From positions 3,194,662 through 3,258,661 of the forward strand of contig OZ037770.1 in assembly GCA_964035545.1 (NCBI GenBank): a stretch of DNA of 64,000 bases. The letters run 5' to 3'. Below, one piece after another: positions 28,801 through 41,661 of this stretch. The first letter of the stretch is position 1. Every line of letters starts with the position of its first letter. The position numbers and the translations under genes were made by a program. The notes beneath the pieces are model-generated. The model ran no database searches. It saw only the letters and a program-made list of their open reading frames with translations, and was not told the origin of the DNA. Source of the stretch: Bugula neritina. Its lineage: Eukaryota; Animalia; Bryozoa.

Positions 28801-29848
28801 GGTACATGGAAAGCCGGTGAATATTTCATTTAAGTCAAAGGTTAAAGGTTAAAGGTTGAAGGTCAAAATGGCAGTCGAGTTGTAAATTACTTCTCAGAAG
28901 ATCACTGTTTACATGCTATGAAAAACAAATCTTTTTTTCGCAGCTCAGCGCATCAACATAATATTTATATAGCAGCTTTAATGCATAAAAAATGACTTTG
29001 ACAACTTTTAATAAACGTATGGATATTCTGTATACAAAACAGCCTTTAAATAAAGTTGTATAATCTTGTAAGTATATTAGTTTACTCAGTCAGTCTTAAT
29101 TTAGTTAGGTAAAGTAAACTATTCTTGTTTCTCCTCTATATATCAATATTCTACACACATAGGCATAATTTGAAAAATGTTTCCATCCTTACATACAGCC
29201 TATTTAAGCTGCATTGTAATCCTGTTTGCAGAGGCATAGAATTCTACGTGGAATGCACCATAGAGGCTGGTGGAAAACTATTTCCTGGGCTGATAACTCC
29301 AAGTACTCTAGACAAATACGAGCTCATACTTCGGCGATTTGGTTTCCATGATTTAGACTTAGCTTCACTAGTATGTATTACTATAATTATATGCAATTAT
29401 TAGTTATATATGAACTTTTATTACACCATGAAGTGAACACAACTCCTACCAACATGCTAATAAATAATTGGATTTACATGTGGGGTTCTTCCTTACATTG
29501 CTACACTAGAATAACTTGTTTTTTAATCTAGTATGCTAAAATCATTTTAAAGCAGTACATTGGCTCTAAACAATTGAATTAAAAATAACATAGATTGAGT
29601 TTCGCAAAAAAATTCTGGATCATTTTATATCTGTATATATAAAGTGATTTGATCAAAACTTTATTACCAACATTCAGGTATAACTTGATTATGTGATGAA
29701 AATTCACTATTGTTTATTATTTATAATAAAACGAATTCAAACATTTATATTTTAGGCTGCTGTTGAGGAGACAACTCCCATGAATGGTGCGATGAGCAAA
29801 ACTTTAATGACTGCCAGCTATTTATTCTTTTTTATGGCCTGTGCTTAA
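25828..29848 (+). CDS. Family copy 4 (type B introns): GPI-signal-bearing 8-Cys protein, 6 exons, ~363 aa
   Basis: Exons 25828-25858 (alternative ATG 25804), 26241-26664, 27301-27452, 27724-27976 (9-nt in-frame deletion versus copy 3), 29232-29370, 29756-29848 (1092 nt, open). Tail ...NGAMSKTLMTASYLFFFMACA*. Confidence 0.88.
28055..28819. mobile_element. MITE with GATCGATC-rich subterminal repeats in intron 4 of copy 4
   Basis: TIRs CAC(G/C)GGCTTTCCATGTACCGATCTC / GAGATCGGTACATGGAAAGCCGGTG; AAT TSD. Confidence 0.9.
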
Positions 29849-30265
29849 TTGTTGGCATTAAAAAAAATTGTATTGACTCATTATAGAAGTTAGATATTTA
29901 AGCTTAATTATTTTTATTTATGCAATTTTGGAATAACAACTTAGTTTATTAGCCACTTTTTTATCAAAATAATTAAGTAAACTTTTGCTAATATTAGGTT
30001 TTTTTAAATAATGTCAACATCTAAATTGTTAAAACTTCGCTTTAACAAAACTACATGTTTATAGCAGAAAAACATGTCCCTAGTTCAATCCTGATGGTGA
30101 ATTAGTTTAAAATAATATTTATAAATGTCAAATTGAAAACTCACAGCCCGTGATCTAAGCACGGAGCATACAAAGAAAACCCAGAAGTAATAAGCTTGTG
30201 TAAATAGACTAAAATTACATTAACCATTGACTTAGGAATTATTACTTACTTGTTTTGTGTTGTAG

Positions 30266-33200
30266 CCTTGGTTACCAGCCCCACAGTGGCTAGCACGCAA
30301 TGTAATATGTATAACTTTGGTGTTGGTGCTGGACTCCCTTGCGGCCTACAATGGTGGCAATCAAATGACCTTGGACAATCAATCACAGTTTCAAAGAAGA
30401 TGTCAGACTTTGCTCGAACTGTCATGGATGCCCTTGACCCAGCTCTGTACAGTAGTATTAATTCTAGTTTGGCCGGGCAAATCGCAGCTGAATCAAATGA
30501 TCCTCTAGCCAAAATTATTGAGTCTGCTCTTACGGTGTTGCCTTCTCTTGCAAATTATCTGGCTGACGTTCTGTACAGCTTAGATCTGACACCTGAGATG
30601 TTGTATATCTTTAACCTACCAGAAGAGTTTGCTACCAAAAAGTTTCTGCAGCAGATGGCGAAGGAATATTTTGACTTCTCATGCTCTGAGTAAGTAGTTT
30701 GTGTTTTCCGAACATTCTTGTTAACTGGCTGCAGATTGCATAATGATTGTTAAAATTTATTTGGACAAAGTAAACATACCTGATGGAAATAGTAAAGAGT
30801 TTTTGAATAATCACACAGTTTTTGCTGGTAGCTTTTAACTATAAACAACTATGCCTAAAATTAAGAAGGAACAACTGTTTCTTGGTAATTGCCTATGTTA
30901 AAATAGCTGAAAGTAAATGTTAAACCAAGTTTTAGAAAAACACTAAACATATTGGTATATAAGCGTACAACACACACCGTTCAATTTTTAATAACAAGAA
31001 TCTGCTAGTGAAGACTATTTAATTGTTAAATGTTATAACACTTTCTGGAGATGCTAGATCTCATTTCTTCTATTTTAACCAACCGAATCTCAGCTGACTG
31101 AATATATAGCTGCATCTATAAAATGCTAAACATAAGTTATGAAGTGTAAAAAAATTGAAAACAAATAAATTTAAAAATTGCTTTTCTAATGCTTTCTCTT
31201 CTTTGTGACTAGCTCTCATTGTAAAAGATGACTTTTAGGGAATTTTTTAACCCTTTCGCGATCAACTTTGAAGTTACGTAATTTTATGCCTCGTTTGAGT
31301 TTATCGCGAAATTTGCTAACAAAATTTGCATAACTTTCAATTTCATAATTAAAAAGTTACACTTGATTTTGGCCTTAAATAAACTGGGTATTATAATTTT
31401 AAGAGTATTTTCTGTTATAAAAAGCTTCTTAAAGTGACCGGAGACCTTAATTCTAGCTAAAATCAGTCAGTTTAATTTGACCTCTCAAAACCGCCATTTT
31501 AAAGTTGAAAATTCAAAATGATAAAATTAATTTATAATATAATTCAAAATATAGCGACTACAACATTTTTGTTTATTTAGATGTTCTTCTAAATGTAATC
31601 TGAATAAAATAAACTGGCTCTCTATATATTGACAGCAGTTTCTTGCATTTGAAAGTAGCGTTAAAATTTACCGATAATTTTGAAATTTAGGGATTAAATT
31701 GAAAAGCAACTAGCTGGCTTGGTAGCTATTAATGTAATCAAATTTAATGGCTATAATTATCCCAAAATTACCAAGCTGCACTATTAACATCAATTAAAAA
31801 AAGTTTTAGGCTGTTCGGTTGGAAACTAGAAGTTTAAAGTAAGCGCTATTGTTTATTTACCTAAAAGACCATATATGGTCCATTGATCTGTGGATAGTGT
31901 CGCTTTGAGGGACATATATGGTCCATTGATCGCGTAAGGGTTAATTTATTGCAGGAATATGTATTATATATACGATTTGATTTTAGCTTAACTTATTCTG
32001 CGTTGTTATTATAGATACGGAGCTAAAGAATTTACAAGCTGCGTCTCTAACTGGGTTGATAGCAACTGTGGGGCAGAGGACAACATAGCTTATCTCAACC
32101 AGATTCTCAACAGCCTGGCTAATGAGTACTGTGATGGGAACTCAACCAAACCCAGTGTTTTGACAAGTAAGATAGTAACAAATTTACGAGTTTAAAGTTA
32201 CAGAAATTCAACTACATGTCAAATCCAAAAATAAGCACCAAATTAACAGATATGCATTTTTTAAAATTTTTTAAATAAGTTACAATGACATCGAAAAGCG
32301 GTGTATTTTTAAAATCTTGTTACATAATTATTATAACAACTTGCTCTGAATCAAATGTAATATATATGCTGTATGATTGTCTAATTTATTTTAAATAGTT
32401 TAATTTAACATAGTTTATTTACATCTCTGCAGCATTCAACAAAGATTTTGGAGAGTTTGGAAAAGGATTGGTGAAACTCTACGGAATTGAAAAAGATCCA
32501 TCAAGCCCTTTCCAGTTCCGTCTGTCAAACAGTTCCCTTATCACAGGCATCATATCAGGTGCTAACCTGACAGCTTTTACAAATATTGCTAATACTTGCA
32601 CTCCCCTTGCATTAGCATTGGGTAGGGATATAACAGAGTTAAGTCAGCCAAACAGCACAGTAACCATTGGTGATGCCTTGCAAAGCCTTGAGGGGTGAGT
32701 TGAATGATTTCGAGTATGTGCAGTTAAGTTGTATAAATTACTTCTCAGAAGATCACAGTTTACATGCTATGAAAAACAAACCTATTTTTATAGTGCATCA
32801 GCATAATGTTTATGTAGCAGCTCTAATGCATGAAAAATAACATTGACAATGTGATAAATAAACATATTATGGACATACTGTATATGAAACAGCCAATAAA
32901 AAAATTTGCATGTTATTGTAAGTATTAGTTTACCCAGTGAGTTTCAATTTAATTTATAGGTAATGTAAACTATTCTTGTCTATTAGCAGTTTCATAATGT
33001 GTAAGATAAAATATATTCTACACATATATGCATAAGTTGGAAAATGTTTCCATCTTTACATACAGCCTATAAGCTGCATTGTAATCCTGTTTGCAGAGGC
33101 ATAGAATTCTACGTGGAATGCACCTTACAGACTGTTGGTAAACTATTTCCTGGGCTGATAACTCCAAGTACTCTTGACAAATACGAGCTCATACTTCGAC

Positions 33201-33709
33201 GATTTGGTTTCCATGATTTAGACCTAGCTTCACTAGTATGTATTATTATTAAATATGAAATTTTTTTATACCACGGAGTGAACACAACTCCTACCAACAT
33301 GCTAATATTATCTAATTTGCTTTGCATAGTCTTCTTTATTACTTTGCAAAACTGGAATCATTTGTTTTTCAGAATTTATAGTATGCTAAAAACTATCTGC
33401 AGCAACACATTATCTTTGAACAATCAACTTTAAAATAAATATATTGAGTTTTGTAAAATAATTCTAAATCACTTTATATCTGCATGAAGTTATTTAATCA
33501 AAACTTTATTACCAAATTTCTGGCATAACATGATTATGCAGTGTAAATTCCATATTGCTTACTATATTTACAATAAAGTGAATTCAATATTCACATTTTA
33601 GGCTGCTGTTGAAGAGACAACTCCTATGAATGGTGGGATGAGCAAAACTCCAATGACTGCCAGCTATTTATTCTTTATTATGGCCTACTTTGTGTGGCGC
33701 TTTTATTAA
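30266..33709 (+). CDS. Family copy 5 (type A): exons 2-6 intact but no exon 1 or promoter (headless copy)
   Basis: Exons 30266-30689, 32015-32166, 32433-32694, 33097-33235, 33602-33709, with no stops or frameshifts. Sequence upstream of ~30236 is the 3' flank of copy 4 rather than intron 1/exon 1. No in-frame ATG before a TAG at 30205. Confidence 0.7.
31251..31940. mobile_element. piggyBac-type non-autonomous element in intron 2 of copy 5
   Basis: TTAA|CCCTTTCGCGATCAA...TTGATCGCGTAAGGG|TTAA. The paralogous intron of copy 3 (~21885) has an empty single TTAA site. Confidence 0.92.
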
Positions 33710-34007
33710 AAACATTTTGTATTGACTCATAGAAATTAGATATTTAAACTTCATTATTCCTATTTATGCAATCTTGTGATAACAACTTTAGATATTAATC
33801 ATTTTTTATAGAAATATTTAACTGAACCTTTGCTAGTATTAATTTAATAAATAATCTCAACATTTAAATCATTTGAACTTTGTTTCAAAAAAACTACATG
33901 TTTTTAACAGAATAGTTTGTTTAGTTCAGTCCTGATGGTGAATTAGTTTAAAATATTGCTTTTTTAACTCAATTTGGAAACTCAGAACTTGTAATCTAAG
34001 CACAAAG

Positions 34008-34365
34008 CGTTTAAAGAAGACAACTCTAAAGTAATAAACAGTGTGGATAGACTAAAATATCTACATCAACTGTAAATCCTATACTAATTATGTAATCTAT
34101 TATAAAGCTTGCAAGATTCGTCATATCTGAAAATAATCTGTCTTATTTTTATAAAATGAGCTGTCTTTACTGTTAGTTATATATATATATATATAACTAA
34201 CAGTAAAGACAGCTCATTTTATAAAAATAAGACAGATTATTTTCAGATATGACGAATCTTGCAAGCTTTATAATAGATTACATAATTAGTATAGGATTTA
34301 CAGTTGATGTAGATATTTTAGTCTATCCACACTGTTTATTACTTTAGAGTTGTCTTCTTTAAACG
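34008..34365. repeat. Perfect 358-bp palindrome centred on a TA run
   Basis: 34187-34365 is the reverse complement of 34008-34186. Confidence 0.92.
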
Positions 34366-34390
34366 ATATATATAGGTAAATATATATATA

Positions 34391-34463
<73 letters not shown>

Positions 34464-34910
34464 TTACATATATATATTTACATATATATAATATACTTTA
34501 CTTATAATATCAATTTTTCCCATTATGAGTATTATAAAATATAACACCTATAACGTAATATTATATTATAATACAATAATATAATACATATGTGTATCAT
34601 ATGTTACACAATAAAATACATACTAAATTTACAACAATAGATGCACAGCATATTATACAATATGAAAACACTCTTCGCATATACTCAAGTACCTTTATAA
34701 TCCAAATTTTATTCGAATAAACATTAAAAATTATATATATATATAATTGAAGTTGAGTTAGTCTAGCAGTACATTCATAATAATTATTTCAACACAACTC
34801 ACTAGAGGAAGTTAAAGGTCAATTTGAAGGCTGTGCCAAGTTTTTAAATCGACTGCCATCCTGTGTCAACAAGTTGCCTAACCTGTTATCAGACTCATAC
34901 CCCTCATTCA

Positions 34911-35587
34911 CTCCCTGTTCACACATTGCCGTACTGTTCGCCGCAACAGCACTAATAAAATGACGCCGCTGTTACATTTTGTCAACAGGCTATCATACAT
35001 TGACAAAAAGTTCAACGCATAACATTGAGCTGTTACCAATCATAATAAGGCTAATTTTTGTCTGCGGTGACTTGTACGCCTTACGATATTATTCACAAAT
35101 TATGCGCAACATTTTTTTCAAATAATGTTATATAAATGGTTTTGACTAATTAAAACCAATTAAAAATAAACAATCTTCTTTTTTTAATATATTATGTGTC
35201 CCTAAAATAATTTGAAGAATAAATATTTTAGCCGTCCAAATAACATTTAAGATTTTGGTTTGTGAGCTTTTGTGATTGGGGAAAGTTATATATTTAAGCT
35301 GAGCTTAATTTAAACAAATCAGATAAAGATTTTTTTATCTTTTAAAATTTTTGACCTGGTTAAATTAAATCAACAATAAGCAATTAAAATAAACTAGCGA
35401 AAATGTTCTTCAAATTTTAGTACCAGATGCACTCTACCTAATGGGAGCGAGCTGTTATTTTTTGAATCAAGCACTGCTTGATCAACGCCTCAGCGTATAC
35501 CGGGGTTTGATTCAGCTCGAATGTTACCAAAAATGGTAGAAATTTGCTGTTACGACGCACAGTATGGCAATGTGTAAACAAGGGGCT
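34911..35587. mobile_element. Old MITE upstream of copy 6, co-duplicated with the gene
   Basis: Same element and same flanks as 24652-25324. Confidence 0.7.
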
Positions 35588-36084
35588 ACTAACCATTGCA
35601 ATACAGGGGCAACTGGGTACACTATAAACACAAAGCTGTATCTTGTGTTTAATTACTGCCATGTATGACAAAAGGGTTACATATTTATTGCACCATTTGT
35701 TTACTAACTCATACTCTCATACCAATCACCCAGTTTTTATCCCAATCACTGAGAGTATTGTTATGTAATGAGGAAGTTATGGTTGAGCCACACTGTTGAA
35801 ATAAAGTTTGCAACATTTATCATGGCATTTCAAAAAGTTGATAAATTGTGTTCACTCATTAGCACGCATGGCTAATTTTCTTAGACTGTGAGCCAATAAA
35901 ACTCGCATACTTGAGTTTTTAGTATAACACTTAGCAGTACATATTTAGCTTTGTAAAAGCCTTTGTATAGAGATCATTCTATGTAATATATAACTGATCT
36001 ATCTGACATGTATATTTAAAGAAGAGAAAAGTTCGTTAAGCCATTCATTACTTGCTATCAATGAAAAGCTTACTCTACAGAACT

Positions 36085-39000
36085 ATGATTCTAAAAGTAA
36101 CTTTAGCATTTATTGGTGAGTATTTAAACTACTTTGGATTTATTCATTTAGTCACAAACTGCTGCTCATATACAAATAATTAAAATAGGCTAACATTTTT
36201 TGAAATTGATTATATAATTTATTTTCTATAATCTAACTTTGTCAAACACATTGCTTTTGAACTGTAAAGCTCATATGAATGTATATTTTAGTAACATGTT
36301 ACAGTTGCCAGTTTATTATATTATCATTATCACTATGCCCAATTGGCATTCAGATAGACATAATTTGGTTTAAGGTACATGATAAATCATAAATTATTCA
36401 ACAAAACAGTTTTTTCTTTCTCAGATATAAAATTAATTTTTATGAGAGTACCCAGATACTAACTTCAGAATTATCACTTACTTGTTTTGTGTTGTAGTGT
36501 TGGTTGCCAGCCCTTATACAGTGGCTAGCACGCAATGTAATATGTATAACTTTGGTGTTGGTGCTGGACTCCCTTGCGGCCTACAATGGTGGCAATCAAA
36601 TGACCTTGGGCAATCAATCACAGTTTCAAAGAAGATGTCAGACTTTGCTCGGACTGTCATGAACGCCATTGACCCAGCTCTGTACAGTAGTATTAATTCT
36701 AGTTTGGCCGGGCAAATCGCAGCTGAATCAAATGATCCTCTAGCCAAAATTATTGAGTCTGCTCTTACAATGTTGCCTTCCCTTGCAAATTATCTGGCTG
36801 ACGTGCTGTACAGCTTAGATCTGACACCTGAGATGTTGTATATCTTCAATCTACCAGAAGAGTTTGCTACCAAAGAGTTTCTGCAGCAGATGGAAAAGGA
36901 ATATTTTGACTTCTCATGCTCTGAGTAAGTAGTTTGTGTTTTCCGAACATTCTTGTTAAATGGCTGTGTAGCGTCGCCACTAACTATAGATGAGTTGTAC
37001 TGGTGTTGGTTTTCGTAACTTTATTTTTACGTATTCCAACTGCCGTAAGAAACTATAAAAGTAGGTTATATATATACAATTATAATAGGTTTTTAAAACA
37101 AAACAAACAAAAATTATTTATGACATTGTAAAGTATTCAAACATATATGCAGATTTTAGATTAATCACCTTTTGCCTTCTTTTAGTGGCTAGCTAGGGTG
37201 AGTTTGACTCTAGGAAATGACATTGTAGGTCTACTAAAAATATTAAAGTTTATAATAAAAATGACAACAAATGATAACTGCCATAGACAAAGTTAATTAA
37301 TTATCAGTTAAGACAAGTATTAGTGCATGTATCACATAAACAAAAATTGAACTTGTATTCAAAGTTGACTTGAATTAGTAGTTGCAGTGAATTACTGTTA
37401 TGAGTAAAAGTAAAACTTTAAGCTACAAATTAGGATTCTATCCTGTGACAATCTGATCAATAACTGGAGAGCCTGTTTTAAGAAGTTGTAATTTTATGAG
37501 AAATCTATTATAAAGTAAACACATAGCCATGAATTTTATCATGTACCGACCACACTGGTATTTCAAACTTGTTAAACTCCTAAACATGTTAATTAAACCA
37601 AATATTTATTATTAAGTTGAAATAGATAAACAATACTTAAGGAAAGCTTCAAATCATACAAATACTGAAAAACAAAACTAACCTGTGCCTCTTGAAGTTA
37701 ATTCCAATTCAAATTCATTTATATTTTGCTAATTATATCATTAAAATGTATTGTTATTTATGCGATGGAACTTGCATTGCTAGCGCGCTACTATTCTTCT
37801 AACTGTAGGGTCAACGTCTGCAATGAAACATCCGGGCTGCCAAGACGTAAGGCTACAGCCAATGGGCGAGGGCGTGCTGTTATCTAATTAATAAATTGAC
37901 AACTATTGCAGTCGTTGCGTTGCGTGTATAGGCAAGAATCACGTGACGTGTTCATCTATTTGAGTAGAACGTTGCGCTAAACGCAAAGTTGAATGCTTAA
38001 TAAACTGTTGGATACTCATTCCGTTATGCTGCTTTTACAACTTGAAATAATTACGCTCTAGAGTATATGTGATAACTTTACAGGCTGCATATTACATGTT
38101 AATCATCAAAAAACTGTTGGACAGAGAAAACATACCTGATGGAAATAGTAAAGAGTTTTGAATAATCACACAGTTTTTGCTGGTAGCTTTTAACTATAAA
38201 CAACTATGCTTAAAATTAAGAAAGAACAAATGTTTCCTGGTAATTGCCTAAATATTATAGCTGAAAGTAAATGTTACACCAAGTTTTAGAAAAACACTGA
38301 AAATTATTATATAATTGTACAACCAACTCCATTCAACTTTTAAGTTCAGTAGTCTGTCACTGAAAACTAATTAAGTTAAATTTTATAACACTTTCTAAAG
38401 ATGCTAGATCTTATATCATATATATATTTTACCCAGCTGACTCAACTGACTGAATATAGCTGCATTTATGAAATGCTAAACATAAGTTATGAAGCGTAAA
38501 AAGTTTTAAAGAAATTAAATTTATTAATTGTTTTTTTAGTGCTTCCTCCTCTCTCTGGTTAGCTCTCAATATAAGTTGACCTATACTAACTGTTGTAAAA
38601 GATGATTGGTAGACAGTTTAATTTATTGCAAGATTATGAACTACCATTTGATTATAGTTTAATTTCTTCTACGTTGTAGATACGGAGCTAAAGAATTTAC
38701 AAGCTGCGTCTCTAACTGGGTTGATAGCAACTGTGGGGCAGAGGACAACGTAGCTTATCTCAACCAGATTCTCAACAGCCTGGCTAATGAGTACTGTAAT
38801 GGGAACTCAACCAAACCCAGTGTTTTGACAAGTAAGATAGTAACAACTTTGCAAGTTTAAAGTTACAGAAATTGAACTACATGTGAAGTCCATAAACAGG
38901 CACTAATATAACAGAAGTGCATAATATCAACATTTTTATACATGTTACAGTGACAGTGAACGATGGTGTACTTTTAAAATTTTGTTGCATGATTATTGTA

Positions 39001-41242
39001 ATGGCATGCTCTGAATCAAATGCAATAATATGTTGTATCATTGTCTAATTTATATGAATTAGTATAGTTTAACATATAGTATGTTTACATCTCTGCATGC
39101 AGCATTCAACAAGAATTTTGGAGAGTTTGGAAAAGGATTGGTGAAACTCTACGGAATTGAAAAAGATCCATCAAGTCCTTTCCAGTTCCGTCTGTCAAAC
39201 AGCTCCATTATCATATCAGGTGCTAACCTGACAGCTTTCACAAACATTGCTAATACTTGCACTCCTCTTGCATTGGCATTGGGTGCGAATATAACAGAGT
39301 TAATTCAGCAAAAGAGCACAATAGGCACTGGTGCTGCCTTGCAAAACCTTGAGGGGTGAGTTGAATGATTTAAAATATGTGCAGTTTTTTATTATTTCAC
39401 GTGTTTTAATCACCGGCTTTCCATGTACCGATCTCAGATCGATCTCGCTGAGATCGATCTGAAAAATGTGCTCAGATCGATCGTTTTTCCATGAGAGTGT
39501 CAGATCGATCTCGCGGAGTTACCTCCTCTTAAGTGAAGGATACTTTAAAAGTATAATTTGTTCACCTATTTGAGTGATTAAAGCTACTACTGTTGAAAAC
39601 AAGATGGTAGTAGTCTAAAATTTAACCCCAGCTATAAACTATACGCAGCAAAGCTTTCAGTGTATGGTAATTTGGCCAATTTGAAATAATTAATTTTAAT
39701 TTTTCAGCTTGACAGCTTATACAACATTAATGGCTGTCTTGCAGATTATTAATAAACTTACAGGACTGTGTGGCTTAAAATTACAAAGAAACTAGCTAAT
39801 GAAACTAAGTTTTAATAGTCATTTAAATTCAATTTAAATTTTCCCATTTCTTTTTACCTTCTACTGCATATAATTGAGTTTTCTTAATCATCGTACTTAA
39901 AGTCAAAGTTTTGGCATCTGAAAAGGTGGCTATCATAATTATTTAATACTTTGTTTAGTAGTTATCAATAAGTTATCATTTTTATTAGCAGACAACATTG
40001 TAGCGCGCAGTCTTTTTCTACTTCTCAGATCGATCTGGCGTCTTTCCATGGTCTTATTGACATGAGATCGATCTGAGTTCGAGCTGTACAGACCGACCAG
40101 CTCAGATCGACGGAGATCGATCTTTGGCGTCTTTCCATGGATCGATCTCGCTGAGATCGATCCGAGATCGGTACATGGAAAGCCGGTGATTATGCTTTGA
40201 CATGTCATTATAATATTTCATTTAAGTCAAAGGTTAAAGGTTAAAGGTTGAAGGTCAAAATGGCAGTCGAGTTGTAAATTACTTCTCAGAAGATCACTGT
40301 TTACATGCTATGAAAAACAAATCTTTTTTTCGCAGCTCAGCGCATCAACATAATATTTATATAGCAGCTTTAATGCATAAAAAAATGACTTTGACAACTT
40401 TTAATAAGCATATGGATATTCTGTATACAAAACAGCCTTTAAATAAAGTTGTATAATCTTGTAAGTATATTAGTTTACTCAGTCAGTCTTAATTTAGTTA
40501 GGTAAAGTAAACTATTCTTGTTTCTCCTCTATATATCAATATTCTACACACATAGGCATAATTTGAAAAATGTTTCCATCCTTACATACAGCCTATTTAA
40601 GCTGCATTGTAATCCTGTTTGCAGAGGCATAGAATATTACGTGGAATGCACCTTACAGACTGTTGGTAAACTATTTCCCGAGCTGATAACTCCAAGTACT
40701 CTTGACAAATGCGAGCTAATACTTCGACGATTTGGTTTCTATGATTTAGACCTAGCTTCACTAGTATGTATTACTATAATTATATGCAATTATTAGTTAT
40801 ATATGAACTTTTATTACACCATGAAGTGAACACAACTCCTACCAACATGCTAATAAATAATTGGATTTACATGTGGGGTTCTTCCTTACATTGCTATACT
40901 AGAATAACTTGTTTTTATAATCTAGTATGCTAAAATCATTTTAAAGCAGTACATTGGCTTTAAACAATTGAATTAAAAATAACATAGATTGAGTTTCGCA
41001 AAAAAATTCTGGATCATTTTATATCTGTATATATAAAGTGATTTAATCAACACTTTATGACCAACATTCAAGCATAACTTGATTATGTGATGCAAACTCA
41101 CTATTGTTTATTATTTATGATAGAATGAATTCAAATATTTACATTTTAGGCTGCTGTTGAAGAGACAACTCCTATAAATGGTGGGATGAGTAAAACTTTA
41201 ATGACTGCCAGCTATTTATTCTTTTTTATGGCCTGTGCTTAA
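36085..41242 (+). CDS. Family copy 6 (type B): GPI-signal-bearing 8-Cys protein, 6 exons, ~364 aa
   Basis: Exons 36085-36115 (alternative ATG 36061), 36498-36924 (3-nt insertion), 38680-38831, 39103-39355, 40625-40763, 41150-41242, open frame. Tail ...INGGMSKTLMTASYLFFFMACA*. Confidence 0.88.
36967..38082. mobile_element. 1.1-kb insertion in intron 2 of copy 6, probable solo LTR
   Basis: TGTA...TACA ends and a perfect 5-bp TSD GGCTG. Copies 3, 4, 5 and 7 have the empty site. Confidence 0.8.
39411..40188. mobile_element. Same MITE family in intron 4 of copy 6
   Basis: Same TIRs; flanks AAT/ATT; insertion point differs from that in copy 4. Confidence 0.9.
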
Positions 41243-41661
41243 TTGTTGGCATTAAAAAAAATTGTATTGACTCATTATAGAAGTTACATATTTAAGCTTC
41301 ATTTTTCTTATTTATGCAATTTTGGAATAACAACTTAGTTTATTAGCCACTTTTTTATGAAAATAATTAATTGGACTTTTGCTAATATTAGGTTTTTTTT
41401 TAAATAATGTCAACATCTAAATTGTTAAAACTTCGCTTTACCAAAACTGCATGTTTATAGCAGAACAACATGTCCCTAGTTCAATCCTGATGGTGAATTA
41501 GTTTAAAATATTATTCATAAATGTCAAATTGAAAACTCACAGCCCGTGATTTAAGCACAGAGCATACAAAGAAAACCTAAAAGTAATACACTTGTGTAAA
41601 TAGACTGAAATTACATTGACCATTGACTTAGAAATTATACCTTACTTGTTTTGTGTTGTAG

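Noticed and set aside
29370-30266. Read-through fusion of copy 4 exon 5 to copy 5 exon 2 giving a tandem two-domain protein
   Set aside because: The donor is phase 0 and the acceptor phase 1, so this splice would frameshift.
41616-41661. In-frame extension upstream of exon 2 in the headless copies that could replace the signal peptide
   Set aside because: It starts only at TTG. There is no ATG before the in-frame TAG (41601; 30205 for copy 5), and copy 7 has internal stops anyway.
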